From an uncultured bacterium (GTDB lineage Bacteria; Fidelibacterota; Marinisomatia; Marinisomatales; UBA1611), in assembly GCA_943788175.1 (NCBI GenBank), contig CALSPG010000003.1, forward strand, positions 32,001 through 96,000: a DNA stretch of 64,000 bases, in the 5' to 3' direction. Shown piece after piece: positions 9,219-18,281 of this stretch (position 1 is its first letter; every line of letters starts with the position of its first letter). Made by a program: the position numbers and the translations under genes. Under the pieces are notes generated by a model. That model was given only the letters and a program-made list of their open reading frames with translations. It did not search any database and had not been told where the DNA came from.

Positions 9219-9787
9219 TTTAAGTCGAGCTTACAAACACCAATAAACAAGGTTAGGTTGTGTTTTAAATCATGTATACTATTTTCTAATATCTCTAAGC
9301 CATAAATGTCTGCACATGCTCTATTTGCTATTACAGCTGCCGTGTTAGGTAACTTTTTTTGGCTTAGACGACGAGCAGATTCTGCAGTGTCATCCTCTTC
9401 GATCAATGGCCTAGTCCAAAAATTTTCACTTAAATAATTTTTGCATTGTCTTAATGCTTGCCTATGAGAATGAATTTGAGTTATATCTCCAATTTTTGTA
9501 CCACTTAAACCTAACAGGTTTTGTTCGATTGGAATATGGAACATTTCAATTATTTTGGCTTTATGAAGTGCAAGAGCCTCTACGCTTTCAATAACGACAC
9601 CTCCTTGTGCATTCTCCATTGCGAATATCCCAAAATCTGTTTTTGAATTTTCAATACTATCTAAAACCGAATGAGATGATATAAGATAGTCAATCTCATA
9701 ATCATCGATGCCATGATTTGAAGCAAATTTAACTGCTGCATCTTCAGAAAAACTCCCTTTTGCTCCTTGTATACCTATTTTTTTCAT
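9215..9787 (-). CDS. pheA: Prephenate/arogenate dehydratase, catalytic domain only (no ACT domain)
   Basis: IQGAKGSFSE, MEN, SHRQALRQC, HD...NLTLF; 190 aa. Confidence 0.85.
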   Translation of the reverse strand: MKKIGIQGAKGSFSEDAAVKFASNHGIDDYEIDYLISSHSVLDSIENSKTDFGIFAMENAQGGVVIESVEALALHKAKIIEMFHIPIEQNLLGLSGTKIGDITQIHSHRQALRQCKNYLSENFWTRPLIEEDDTAESARRLSQKKLPNTAAVIANRACADIYGLEILENSIHDLKHNLTLFIGVCKLDLK

Positions 9788-9819
9788 ATTATTGTATTTA
9801 ATTGTTTGGAATGATTTAT

Positions 9820-9851
9820 AAAAAAAAACCTCGAAAATTTTCGAGGTTTTT
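9820..9851 (-). terminator. Intrinsic terminator of the putative Phe/Tyr attenuator
   Basis: Perfect 28-bp palindrome aaaaacctcgaaaattttcgaggttttt (9824-9851); the minus-strand RNA has a U9 run after the GC core, ending 32 nt before the pheA start. Confidence 0.85.
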
Positions 9852-9880
9852 AAAATTAATTTATAACTTGTTAAGAAAAA

Positions 9881-9949
9881 TCAATAAACCTCTTGGGATC
9901 TAAAAAAATATTTAAAATAGTAACTAAATATTAAGAATGCTCTATTCAT
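9881..9949 (-). CDS. Putative Phe/Tyr attenuation leader peptide MNRAFLIFSYYFKYFFRSQEVY (22 aa)
   Basis: ATG at 9949, TGA 9881-9883; 5 Phe + 4 Tyr; 3' end contains GAGGUUU, complementary to AAACCUC in the terminator 5' arm. Confidence 0.75.
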   Translation of the reverse strand: MNRAFLIFSYYFKYFFRSQEVY

Positions 9950-9984
9950 ACCTTAAATTTTAATAATAATATTAAGATTAACCA

Positions 9985-10263
9985 CTATTTTTTTAATTTT
10001 TGGATATCTTTTGAAATTAAAAAAATTGTTTTAAGTAATACTTCAGCGTGCTCAGGTTTAATTTTATTTTTATAGTCGTTTGATATCCGTTTAATTATAG
10101 CATTTTCTCTCGAGCCGTCATCAATAGGGATTTTATAGGTAGATTTTGATTCTCCAATCTTTTTTGATATATCAAATCTTTTAGCAAATAATTCAAAAAT
10201 TTGATTATCAATGTCATCAATTAAATTTCTTAGCCTGATAATGTTATCTATTTGTTCATTCAT
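9985..10263 (-). CDS. Stand-alone chorismate mutase (AroQ/CM type II fold)
   Basis: LRNLIDDIDNQIFELFAKRF...IG..K......D..RE; context next to pheA/tyrA. Confidence 0.88.
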   Translation of the reverse strand: MNEQIDNIIRLRNLIDDIDNQIFELFAKRFDISKKIGESKSTYKIPIDDGSRENAIIKRISNDYKNKIKPEHAEVLLKTIFLISKDIQKLKK

Positions 10264-10337
10264 AATGTAAAATTAGTTTTGTAGTCAAATCTAATTTACT
10301 AATTCAAAAAATAGTATGATTAATATTAAATATCTTT

Positions 10338-10367
10338 TTGAATTAATACTCTAACTGTAATTATATT
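10338..10367 (+). promoter_or_regulatory. Putative sigma70-type promoter for the TPP riboswitch/TonB receptor transcript
   Basis: TTGAAT-18 nt-TATATT; the implied start site falls at the 5' end of the aptamer. Confidence 0.4.
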
Positions 10368-10372
10368 ATATC

Positions 10373-10456
10373 TTCTCTAGGGGTGTTGTATTGTTTTACA
10401 ACTGAAATTAAACCCTTATAACTTGATCTGGATAATACCAGCGGAAGGAACGAGGC
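10373..10456 (+). ncRNA. TPP (thiamine pyrophosphate) riboswitch aptamer
   Basis: AGGGGU/ACCCUU (P2), GUUGUA/UACAAC (P3), CUGAAA (J3/2), ACUUGAUCUGGAUAAUACCAGCGGAAGGAA matching the P4-P5 core. Confidence 0.92.
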
Positions 10457-10457
10457 T

Positions 10458-12798
10458 ATGCGCATACTCTTTTTACTTTTTATTTTAATTCAATCACTTA
10501 CAGCTAATTCAATTCCTATTTTTGGAATTGTTAAAGATAGTTTACTCAATCGAACATTGGAGGGGGTAAACGTATTATCAGGTAGTAATGGTACTAGTAC
10601 TGATAAACAGGGCGTATTCATTATTGATGCTGAAACAGAGTATTTAACCATTAGTCATATTGGGTTTAAAACAGTTGAAATTCTTGTTAAGGATACTATT
10701 TATGTCAATTTAATTCGAGATATTATTTTATCAGATGAAATAGTTATTGTTTCTTCATTATCAGAACAGTCACTTTTTAATTCTTCATCAAGCATTGCAG
10801 TTATAGATCAAAATGATTTAAAAAATCATAATTTTGATCATTTCCAAGATGCTATAAATAGTATACCAAATTTAAATTTTGCTGGTGGCACAAGTAGACC
10901 TAGATATTTTCAAATAAGAGGCATTGGCGAAAGAAGTCAGTTTTTTGGTGAAGGTTCACCGAATCATTCTGTTAGTTATGAACTTGATGGTATTGATTTA
11001 AGTGGTATTGGAATGATTGGAGGGACTATTGATGTAAATAATATAGAAGTTGCGAGAGGCCCTCAATCAACAGTTTTTGGGAATAATTCAATAGCAGGAG
11101 CGATTAATATATCTATCTAATGAGCCTGAAAGAAAAAAAATAATCAAGCTTAACTACAAGACTGGTAATGATAATTACAAATATACCGGCATTACTGCGA
11201 ACCTTAAAGCATTAGGAAATTCATACTTTAGATTTAATTTTTACAAAAATTATCAAGATGGCTTCAGAAAAAATAAATTCCTAGGAGTTAAAAATACTAA
11301 TAAAAAAGATGAAACGTTTTTTAGGTTTAAAATGAATTTTTCAATTAATGAAAATATTCTGCTTAAAAATACATTTTTATTATCAGAAATGGATAACGGA
11401 TATGATGCTTGGGCGCCAGATAATAATAAACAATTTTTCACGTATTCAGACCAACCGGGAAGAGATTATCAAAATACTAAGGCTATCGCTTCAAAATTGA
11501 TACTGAAAAATAAAAACTATAATACGCTGCTAAGATACTCCTCTTCTTCATCTGATATAATTTATAGTTATGATGGAGATTGGGGTAATAATGCTTTCTG
11601 GGAAAATCCAAGCACATATAATTTCGATTCTTATTATTACGGTTATTATTCGCCTTATCAATATTTCGATAAAACAACCAGGGCAAAAAACAACACAACC
11701 TCAGAGCTTCGTTTTTACAATAAAAAATTATCAATTGGCGCATACTTTAAAAAATTAGAAGAAAAAGATGATGGAGAAGGTTATTTATTTGGTGGCGAAG
11801 GAAATGTTTCTAGAGCCAGCAGTGATTACAACATCGATATTAAAGCGGTTTATGCTCATTTAAATTCTGATTTGAATGACAAAATTAGCTTATCTAACAG
11901 TTTTAGGTACGAAATGAATGACGTTAATTACATTGGTAAATCATTTGGATATTCTAACGATACAATACCAACCGTTCGCTCAAATAAAGATTTTAAACTA
12001 AATGGTTTTAAAAGTAGTGTTGCCTACAAAATAGGTTCAGATTTTAAACTTTTTGCTCATGCATCATATGGCTATAAAACAGGTGGCGTTAATCAACAGC
12101 CATATGTTTCATCTCAAAACCGTATCTACAATCCAGAGTATTTAGGTAATTTTGAAATAAGTTTAAAGCATAGTACAGATAAAATTTTCACAAATATTTC
12201 TTATTTCTACAATGATAGAATAGATCAGCAAATTTCTATATCTGCTCAGCAAAATGTAAATGACCCTAATAGTTTTTATTATTTTACAGCTAATAGTAAA
12301 AATGGAGGCTTTTCAAGGGGTATTGAATTTGACTTGAATGCGCGAGTATCTGAAAAGCTATTTTTGAAAACTTCTTTTGCATATTTAGATACTTGGACAA
12401 GCAAATTTTCTTATACCGTTAATAATAATGATGTTCAATTTGGAGGCGCTCGCCAGGCAGCTATGGCACCAAAAATTACGTCGTCAGCATCAATTACTTA
12501 CAATTACAAATCAATGTCTTTTACGTTGAATCAAAGTCACAAAGGTGAATATTATTTCTCTGATAGCCACAACTTTAAATCAGAAGATTATGCTTTAACA
12601 AATATTTCTATTAATAAAATTTTAGATAACTTTAAAATTAGTGTTTGGGCAAAAAATATTTTTGATCATAAATATGCTGTAAGAGGATTTTATTTTGGCT
12701 TAATCCCGCCAAATTATGAAGACCAGCTATGGGTTAGTTATGGTGAGCCAGCACAATATGGTGTCTCACTTGATTATAATTTTAATGATTCTTTTTAA
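10458..12798 (+). CDS. TonB-dependent receptor, probably thiamine-related uptake; split by one frameshift near 11110-11120
   Basis: Signal peptide, N-terminal domain, plug (PNLNFAGGTSRPRYFQIRGIGE, RGPQSTVFG), barrel ending GVSLDYNF; downstream frame open from 11116 into the 11332 ORF. Confidence 0.88.
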
Positions 12799-12874
12799 TA
12801 GTTGAAAAAAATATTCTGTAATTAGTTTACTTATAGTATTATCTGTTTAATAACAACGGGGAAATGTTGCATAA

Positions 12875-14200
12875 ATGTTTGATGGAATAAGTAAAAGATT
12901 TGATACTATTTTTAGAAACCTTAGAGGTCTAGGAAAAATTACAGATCAAAATATCGACCACATTTCTAGGGAAATTAGAAAAGCATTGCTAGAAGCGGAT
13001 GTCAATTTTCTGGTTGCAAAAGAATTTGTAAATAATGTGAAAATTTCAGCACAAGGCACAAAAGTCCTTAAATCTATTAAGCCTGGCGAACAATTCATAA
13101 ATATCATTCATAAAGAAATGATAAAAACATTAGGTGAAGACTCATCTAGCATAGATTTGTCCTCGAAACTTAATTCAATAATGCTAATTGGTACTCAAGG
13201 TAGTGGAAAAACTACTACGGCTTCTAAATTAGCTTTTAGGTTTAAGAATCAAGGAAAGAAGGTATTACTGGTAGCCGCAGATACTTATCGTCCTGGTGCT
13301 GTTAATCAGTTAAAAACATTAGGTAAACAAATTAATACAGATGTGTACCATGATGATTCGAACGACCCGCTTTTGATTTGTAAGAACGCACTTAAGGAAG
13401 CGAAAACTAAGAGTGTTGATATTATAATCTACGATACTGCTGGAAGATTAAATGTTGACAGTGAGATGATGATTGAAATACAAAGTTTAAAAGAAGTATT
13501 GTCACCAAAAGAAATTTTTTATGTGGCTGATAGTATGACTGGTCAAGATATGATTTCTTCGGTAAAAACGTTTGACGAAGCGATACACCTTACAGGTGCA
13601 ATAATGACGAAATTAGATGGTGATTCTAGAGGCGGTGCAGCACTATCTTTAAGAAGCGTAACGGGTGTTCCTATAAAATTTGTTGGTGTATCAGAAAAAT
13701 ATGACGGTTTAGAAGACTTTAATGCAAAACAAATTGCGGATCGAATTCTTGGTTTTGGTGATGTCGTCTCATTAGTAGAAAGAGTAGAGAAGATTGTAAA
13801 AGAAGAAGACGTAGCGAACTTGGAAAAGAAAATATCTAATAACTCATTTAATCTTAACGATTTCCGAGCACAAATACATCAAATGAAGAAAATGGGTTCA
13901 ATGACTGAATTAATTGGTATGATTCCTGGAATTAGTCGTAAAATTAGAGGCTTGAGTTTTGATGAAAATCAACTTGTCTGGACAGAGGCTATAATTAACT
14001 CAATGACTCTAGACGAGAGAACTAAGCCTGAAATAATAAACACTAGTAGAAAAAAAAGAATTGCACTTGGTAGTGGTAGAAATGTTTTTGAAATTAACTC
14101 ATTACTCAAAAAGTTTTTAGAAATGAAAAAGATGATGAAAAAAATGAATACTAATCAGTCTAAATTTTCTACAAAGAAACTATTAAAGAGTTTTAGATAA
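12875..14200 (+). CDS. ffh: Signal recognition particle protein Ffh
   Basis: ALLEADV, GSGKTTT, DTAGR, TKLDGDSRGGAALS, C-terminal M domain. Confidence 0.97.
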   Translation: MFDGISKRFDTIFRNLRGLGKITDQNIDHISREIRKALLEADVNFLVAKEFVNNVKISAQGTKVLKSIKPGEQFINIIHKEMIKTLGEDSSSIDLSSKLNSIMLIGTQGSGKTTTASKLAFRFKNQGKKVLLVAADTYRPGAVNQLKTLGKQINTDVYHDDSNDPLLICKNALKEAKTKSVDIIIYDTAGRLNVDSEMMIEIQSLKEVLSPKEIFYVADSMTGQDMISSVKTFDEAIHLTGAIMTKLDGDSRGGAALSLRSVTGVPIKFVGVSEKYDGLEDFNAKQIADRILGFGDVVSLVERVEKIVKEEDVANLEKKISNNSFNLNDFRAQIHQMKKMGSMTELIGMIPGISRKIRGLSFDENQLVWTEAIINSMTLDERTKPEIINTSRKKRIALGSGRNVFEINSLLKKFLEMKKMMKKMNTNQSKFSTKKLLKSFR

Positions 14201-14212
14201 AAGGAGATTAAA

Positions 14213-14982
14213 TTGGCGACAAAAATTAGACTTAAACGAATAGGAAGAAGAAATAGACCTTTTTATAGGCTTATTGTAATTGACTCTAGGAAAAAACGCG
14301 ATGGCGCGGCAATAGAACAAGTTGGCTGGTATAACCCTATCTCTTCTGATAATTCATACGAAATTAATGATGAAAGAATTATTCACTGGCTTGGTGAAGG
14401 TGCAATTCCATCAGAAGCTGTTAAAAAAATAATGAGGCAAGAAGGGTTATCTCTTCGTTGGCACTTATTGCAGCAAGGTACAGACGAAAAAGAAATTGAG
14501 AAAGAGATGAAAAAGTGGGAGATGAATCGTGAAAACGTCTTGGCTGATAGGAAAGCAAAAAAATTAGAAAAACTATCTAAAAAATCAGAAGAATCTCAAG
14601 TTTCTACAGATGCTGGTTCAGAGGCAAAGGAAGTGGCTGCAAAGGAAGAACCTGTGAAGGAAGAACCTGTGAAGGAAGAACCTGTGAAGGAAGAACCTGT
14701 GAAGGAAGAACCTGTGAAGGAAGAACCTGTGAAGGAAGAACCTGCTGAAGGAAGAACCTGTGAAGGAAGAACCTGTGAAGGAAGAACCTGTGAAGGAAGA
14801 ACCTGCAAAGGAAGAACCTGTGAAGGAAGAACCTGTGAAGGAAGAACCTGTGAAGGAAGAACCTGTGAAGGAAGAACCTGCTGAAGGAAGAACCTGTGAA
14901 GGAAGAACCTGTGAAGGAAGAACCTGCGAAGGAAGAACCTGCGAAGACTCCAAAGAAGAAAGATGAATCTGAAAAGAAATAA
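14213..14982 (+). CDS. rpsP: 30S ribosomal protein S16 with long KEEPV-repeat tail (two apparent +1 indels in the repeat; ends at 14884 as sequenced)
   Basis: KIRLKRIGRRNRPFYRLIVIDSR..RDG..IE.VG.YNP; the repeat frame ends PAKTPKKKDESEKK-TAA at 14982. Confidence 0.92.
14639..14946 (+). repeat. Coding tandem repeat, 15-bp unit (gtgaaggaagaacct), 20 copies
   Basis: 20 copies of core aaggaagaacct counted; variants gtg/gcg/gca plus two 16-bp gctg units. Confidence 0.95.
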
Positions 14983-14997
14983 AAAAAGGAGTAAGTT

Positions 14998-15231
14998 ATG
15001 TTAGAATTTATAGAGATTGCTGTTAGACTTCTTGTCGATAAGCCTGATGAGGTAAAGGTTAATATAGTTGAAACTGAGCAGCGACTAATTTATGAACTAA
15101 CTGTTGGCGAAGGTGATTACGGTAAAGTAATTGGTAAGCAAGGTCGAAATATTTCTGCGCTCAGAACGATAGTATTTGCCGTTAATGCAAAGCAAGGTGG
15201 CAAAAGAGCTAGATTGGACGTCATAGATTAA
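14998..15231 (+). CDS. khpA: KH-domain RNA-binding protein KhpA
   Basis: LVDKPDEV, GKVIGKQGR; position between rpsP and rimM. Confidence 0.92.
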   Translation: MLEFIEIAVRLLVDKPDEVKVNIVETEQRLIYELTVGEGDYGKVIGKQGRNISALRTIVFAVNAKQGGKRARLDVID

Positions 15232-15239
15232 AATTTGTT

Positions 15240-15746
15240 ATGTTTGATCAAAAACATGCCATAGCAAAAATTACTACATCATCTGGATTTAAAGGTGAAG
15301 TTAGATTAAGGCCTTATTCGAGATATAGTGTCGATTATATAATAAATAAATCTTTGCATATTGGTGTCAAAAATGAAGAACTATCTCATATTAAACTTGA
15401 GAGCACTATTGGTCTTGGTAAAAAAATGAGATTTAAGTTCCAAGGTGTTGATTCTCTCCATCAAGCTGATAGATTAGTAGGTAAGACCATTTACATTAAA
15501 GCAGATAAAGATGATGAAATAAATCTTATCTCTGAAAAAATAATTGGCTTTGATTTAGAAACTGAATCTGGCAGAAAAGCAGGAGTTCTTAAGGATGTTA
15601 TGTGGCTCCCTGCAAACGATGTCTATGTTGTACTTAAAGATGAAAAAGAGATACTTATTCCTATAATTAGTGAAGTGATTAAAAGATTGGATGTAGATAA
15701 TAAAAAAATTATAATTGCCGATATTGACGGTTTATTAGAATTATGA
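15240..15746 (+). CDS. rimM: Ribosome maturation factor RimM
   Basis: GFKGEV, ANDVYVV, EILIP; operon position. Confidence 0.92.
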   Translation: MFDQKHAIAKITTSSGFKGEVRLRPYSRYSVDYIINKSLHIGVKNEELSHIKLESTIGLGKKMRFKFQGVDSLHQADRLVGKTIYIKADKDDEINLISEKIIGFDLETESGRKAGVLKDVMWLPANDVYVVLKDEKEILIPIISEVIKRLDVDNKKIIIADIDGLLEL

Positions 15747-16471
15747 AAATAACTGTCATTACTTCGGCCCCTAAGATGATAAAAAGTTGCATCGATTCAA
15801 CTATACTTCGAAAGGCAGTTAGTGGAGAGCATGTTGACTTTCATTTAATTGATATAAGAGACTTCGCTGATAATGATTATAAACAAATAGATGATACGCC
15901 TTTCGGTGGAGGCGATGGTATGGTTTTGATGGCGGAACCTCTAATGCGATCAATTGAACATTCATTTGATTTGATGTCATCATCTATTGAAAATACAAAT
16001 ATAGTTTATCCAACTCCTCATGGCAGGCAGTGGAATCAAGAGCAAGCTGAAAAGAACGTTAATATCAAAAATTTTATTTTTATATGTGGTCGATATAAGG
16101 GTGTCGATCAGAGAGTTATTGATAAATATGTCACTCATGAATATTCCATTGGTGATTATATTGTCTCGAATGGTGAACTAAGTAGCATGGTTATAATTGA
16201 TAGTATAATCAGGCTCAGTCCGGGGACATTAAATAATATTAATTCTGCTAGAACTGATAGCTTCTCAAATGAGCTTTTAGATTATCCACATTATACAAAG
16301 CCAAGAACAGTTGAAGGCTTAACTGTACCGGGTGTCCTTCTTGAAGGGCATCATGAGAAAATAAAACTTTGGAGAAAAAATAAATCCGAGGTTCTTACAA
16401 AACAAAAACGTCCAGACATCTGGGAAAAATATAATAAATCAATTAAACATATGGAGTTCAATCATGAATAA
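15743..16471 (+). CDS. trmD: tRNA (guanine37-N1)-methyltransferase
   Basis: [35 protein letters not shown]. Confidence 0.96.
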   Translation: MKITVITSAPKMIKSCIDSTILRKAVSGEHVDFHLIDIRDFADNDYKQIDDTPFGGGDGMVLMAEPLMRSIEHSFDLMSSSIENTNIVYPTPHGRQWNQEQAEKNVNIKNFIFICGRYKGVDQRVIDKYVTHEYSIGDYIVSNGELSSMVIIDSIIRLSPGTLNNINSARTDSFSNELLDYPHYTKPRTVEGLTVPGVLLEGHHEKIKLWRKNKSEVLTKQKRPDIWEKYNKSIKHMEFNHE

Positions 16472-16811
16472 AGTGCAGGATGCAACTAAAGAATATTTAA
16501 AAGACGATATCCCAGAATTTGATACAGGAGACACCCTTATTGTAAGTGTTTTGGTTCGTGAAGGCAATAAAGAACGAGTTCAGAATTTTGAAGGTGTTGT
16601 TATAGGAAGAAGAGCAGGAAAAAGTTTAGATGCAACATTCACCGTAAGAAAAATCTCTAATGGAATTGGTGTTGAAAGAATCTTCCCATTACACTCTCCA
16701 ATGATTTCTAATATTGATGTCAAAAGGAAAGGTAAAGTTAGGAGAGCGAAACTTAATTACCTCAGAGACATTTCTGGAAGCAAAGGAACGAGAATTAAAG
16801 AGAAACGATAA
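16464..16811 (+). CDS. rplS: 50S ribosomal protein L19
   Basis: [39 protein letters not shown]. Confidence 0.97.
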   Translation: MNKVQDATKEYLKDDIPEFDTGDTLIVSVLVREGNKERVQNFEGVVIGRRAGKSLDATFTVRKISNGIGVERIFPLHSPMISNIDVKRKGKVRRAKLNYLRDISGSKGTRIKEKR

Positions 16812-16862
16812 AAAATAATTAATTATTCAATAATATTTAGAACTTAACCAAAGTTCGTTTTT

Positions 16863-16901
16863 AGAACCCCTAGCAAAACAACAATTAACCTAGGGGTTTT
16901 T
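16863..16901 (+). terminator. Stem-loop between rplS and selA (terminator or translational control hairpin)
   Basis: aacccctag (16865-16873) / ctaggggtt (16890-16898), 16-nt loop, short T run. Confidence 0.5.
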
Positions 16902-16908
16902 AGTATAT

Positions 16909-18279
16909 ATGACAAAAAACACTAAATTCAAGTCTATGCCGTCAGTTACATCGATTATAAATTCGATTAATAACGATTTAGGTGTTCATGAGAACTTTTT
17001 AAAAGATTTGATTAATCAAGAATTAGATGAATTGAGATCAAAAATAATTAATGAGAATTATGATTTTGAAAAAGATGTAGTTATCAAAAAAATCGTTACT
17101 GCAGTGACGGAAAAAGCTAGATCATCTTTTGTTAATATTATTAATGGCACTGGTATTGTGCTGCACACGGGGTTTGGGAGAGCTCCATTCGCAGGTTCAC
17201 ATTTAAAAAATATTGCAGATAAAATTAATGGCTATTCAAATCTCGAGTTTAATCTAGAAAAAAATATGAGGGGAGACCGTCAATCACACATTGACAAGCA
17301 CATTGCCTCTATTTGTGGAACTGAAAATTCAGTCGTCGTCAATAATAATGCTGCGGCTCTTTTATTAATTATTAATTCTTTATCAGAAAATGCTGAAGTT
17401 ATCTGTTCAAGAGGCCAAATTGTTGAAATTGGTGGTTCATTTAGAATATCTGAAATTATTAAAAAAGGAGGTGGCATTTTAAAGGAGGTTGGATCTACCA
17501 ACCGCACACATCTTGAAGATTATGAAAAAGAAATTTCTAAGAATACTAAACTATTGTTATGGGTTCATACAAGTAATTATATCATGAAAGGTTACACTAA
17601 AGAAGTGCCTTTAGAAGATATAGTTTCTATAGGTAAAAAATATAAAATTCCTGTAGTGGCAGATTTAGGTAGTGGCTCTTTTATAGATATGAGTAAGTTT
17701 GGTATTCCTTCTGAAATCCCAGTTTCTGAAATAGTAAAAAAAGGTCCTGATATCACACTTTTTTCAGGGGACAAAATGCTTGGAGGGCCGCAATCAGGAA
17801 TAATACTGTCTACAAAAATTTTAATAAACATTATCAAGTCAAACTCAATCTATCGCACGGTAAGATGTGATAAAATTACAATTGCCATTTTAGATGATAT
17901 TCTTCGTAGTTATAAAAAAAATGGATTTTTAAAATCTAATCTCGCTTTAATGTTATTGACGAAAAATAGAAAAACCTTAAAAAAAATGGCTGAAAAAATA
18001 ATAAATAGTGTTCAGGAGTATAAACTTCGGACTCTTGGTCTGACCATTGAGAATTCTATGGTTGAGGCTGGAAGCGGTTCTTTACCTGAAAAAAACCTTA
18101 AAAGTGTTACTCTGAAATTTTCGCCTAAGGACATGTCCATTGATGTTCTATCAAAATCATTTAAACAATACAAGGTTCCAATTATAGGTTATATCAATAG
18201 AAATTCATTTTTCATAGACCTTAAAGCTGTTTTACCTTCTCAAAGTTTTCATATAATTGATGCTATAAATAAAGTTTAA
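16909..18279 (+). CDS. selA: L-seryl-tRNA(Sec) selenium transferase
   Basis: INGTGIVLHTGFGRA, VNNNAAA, SRGQIVEIGGSFRI, DLGSG, SGDKMLGGPQ (PLP lysine). Confidence 0.95.
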   Translation: MTKNTKFKSMPSVTSIINSINNDLGVHENFLKDLINQELDELRSKIINENYDFEKDVVIKKIVTAVTEKARSSFVNIINGTGIVLHTGFGRAPFAGSHLKNIADKINGYSNLEFNLEKNMRGDRQSHIDKHIASICGTENSVVVNNNAAALLLIINSLSENAEVICSRGQIVEIGGSFRISEIIKKGGGILKEVGSTNRTHLEDYEKEISKNTKLLLWVHTSNYIMKGYTKEVPLEDIVSIGKKYKIPVVADLGSGSFIDMSKFGIPSEIPVSEIVKKGPDITLFSGDKMLGGPQSGIILSTKILINIIKSNSIYRTVRCDKITIAILDDILRSYKKNGFLKSNLALMLLTKNRKTLKKMAEKIINSVQEYKLRTLGLTIENSMVEAGSGSLPEKNLKSVTLKFSPKDMSIDVLSKSFKQYKVPIIGYINRNSFFIDLKAVLPSQSFHIIDAINKV

Positions 18280-18281
18280 TT

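Noticed and set aside
11118-11123. Selenocysteine or stop read-through in the TonB receptor (taatga)
   Set aside because: The first stop is TAA and the continuation is in another frame, so this is a frameshift, not UGA recoding
12799-12874. SRP RNA or another ncRNA upstream of ffh
   Set aside because: Only a weak caac/gttg hairpin; no SRP domain IV motif
14596-14953. Antisense ORFs with GSSFT, QVLPS and RFFLH repeats
   Set aside because: Stop-free shadows of the tandem repeat
14745-14966. Cys-rich EGRTC repeat peptide and the separate 68-aa ORF at 14760-14966
   Set aside because: Alternative frames of the rpsP repeat created by two 16-bp units; the KEEPV frame has the natural ending
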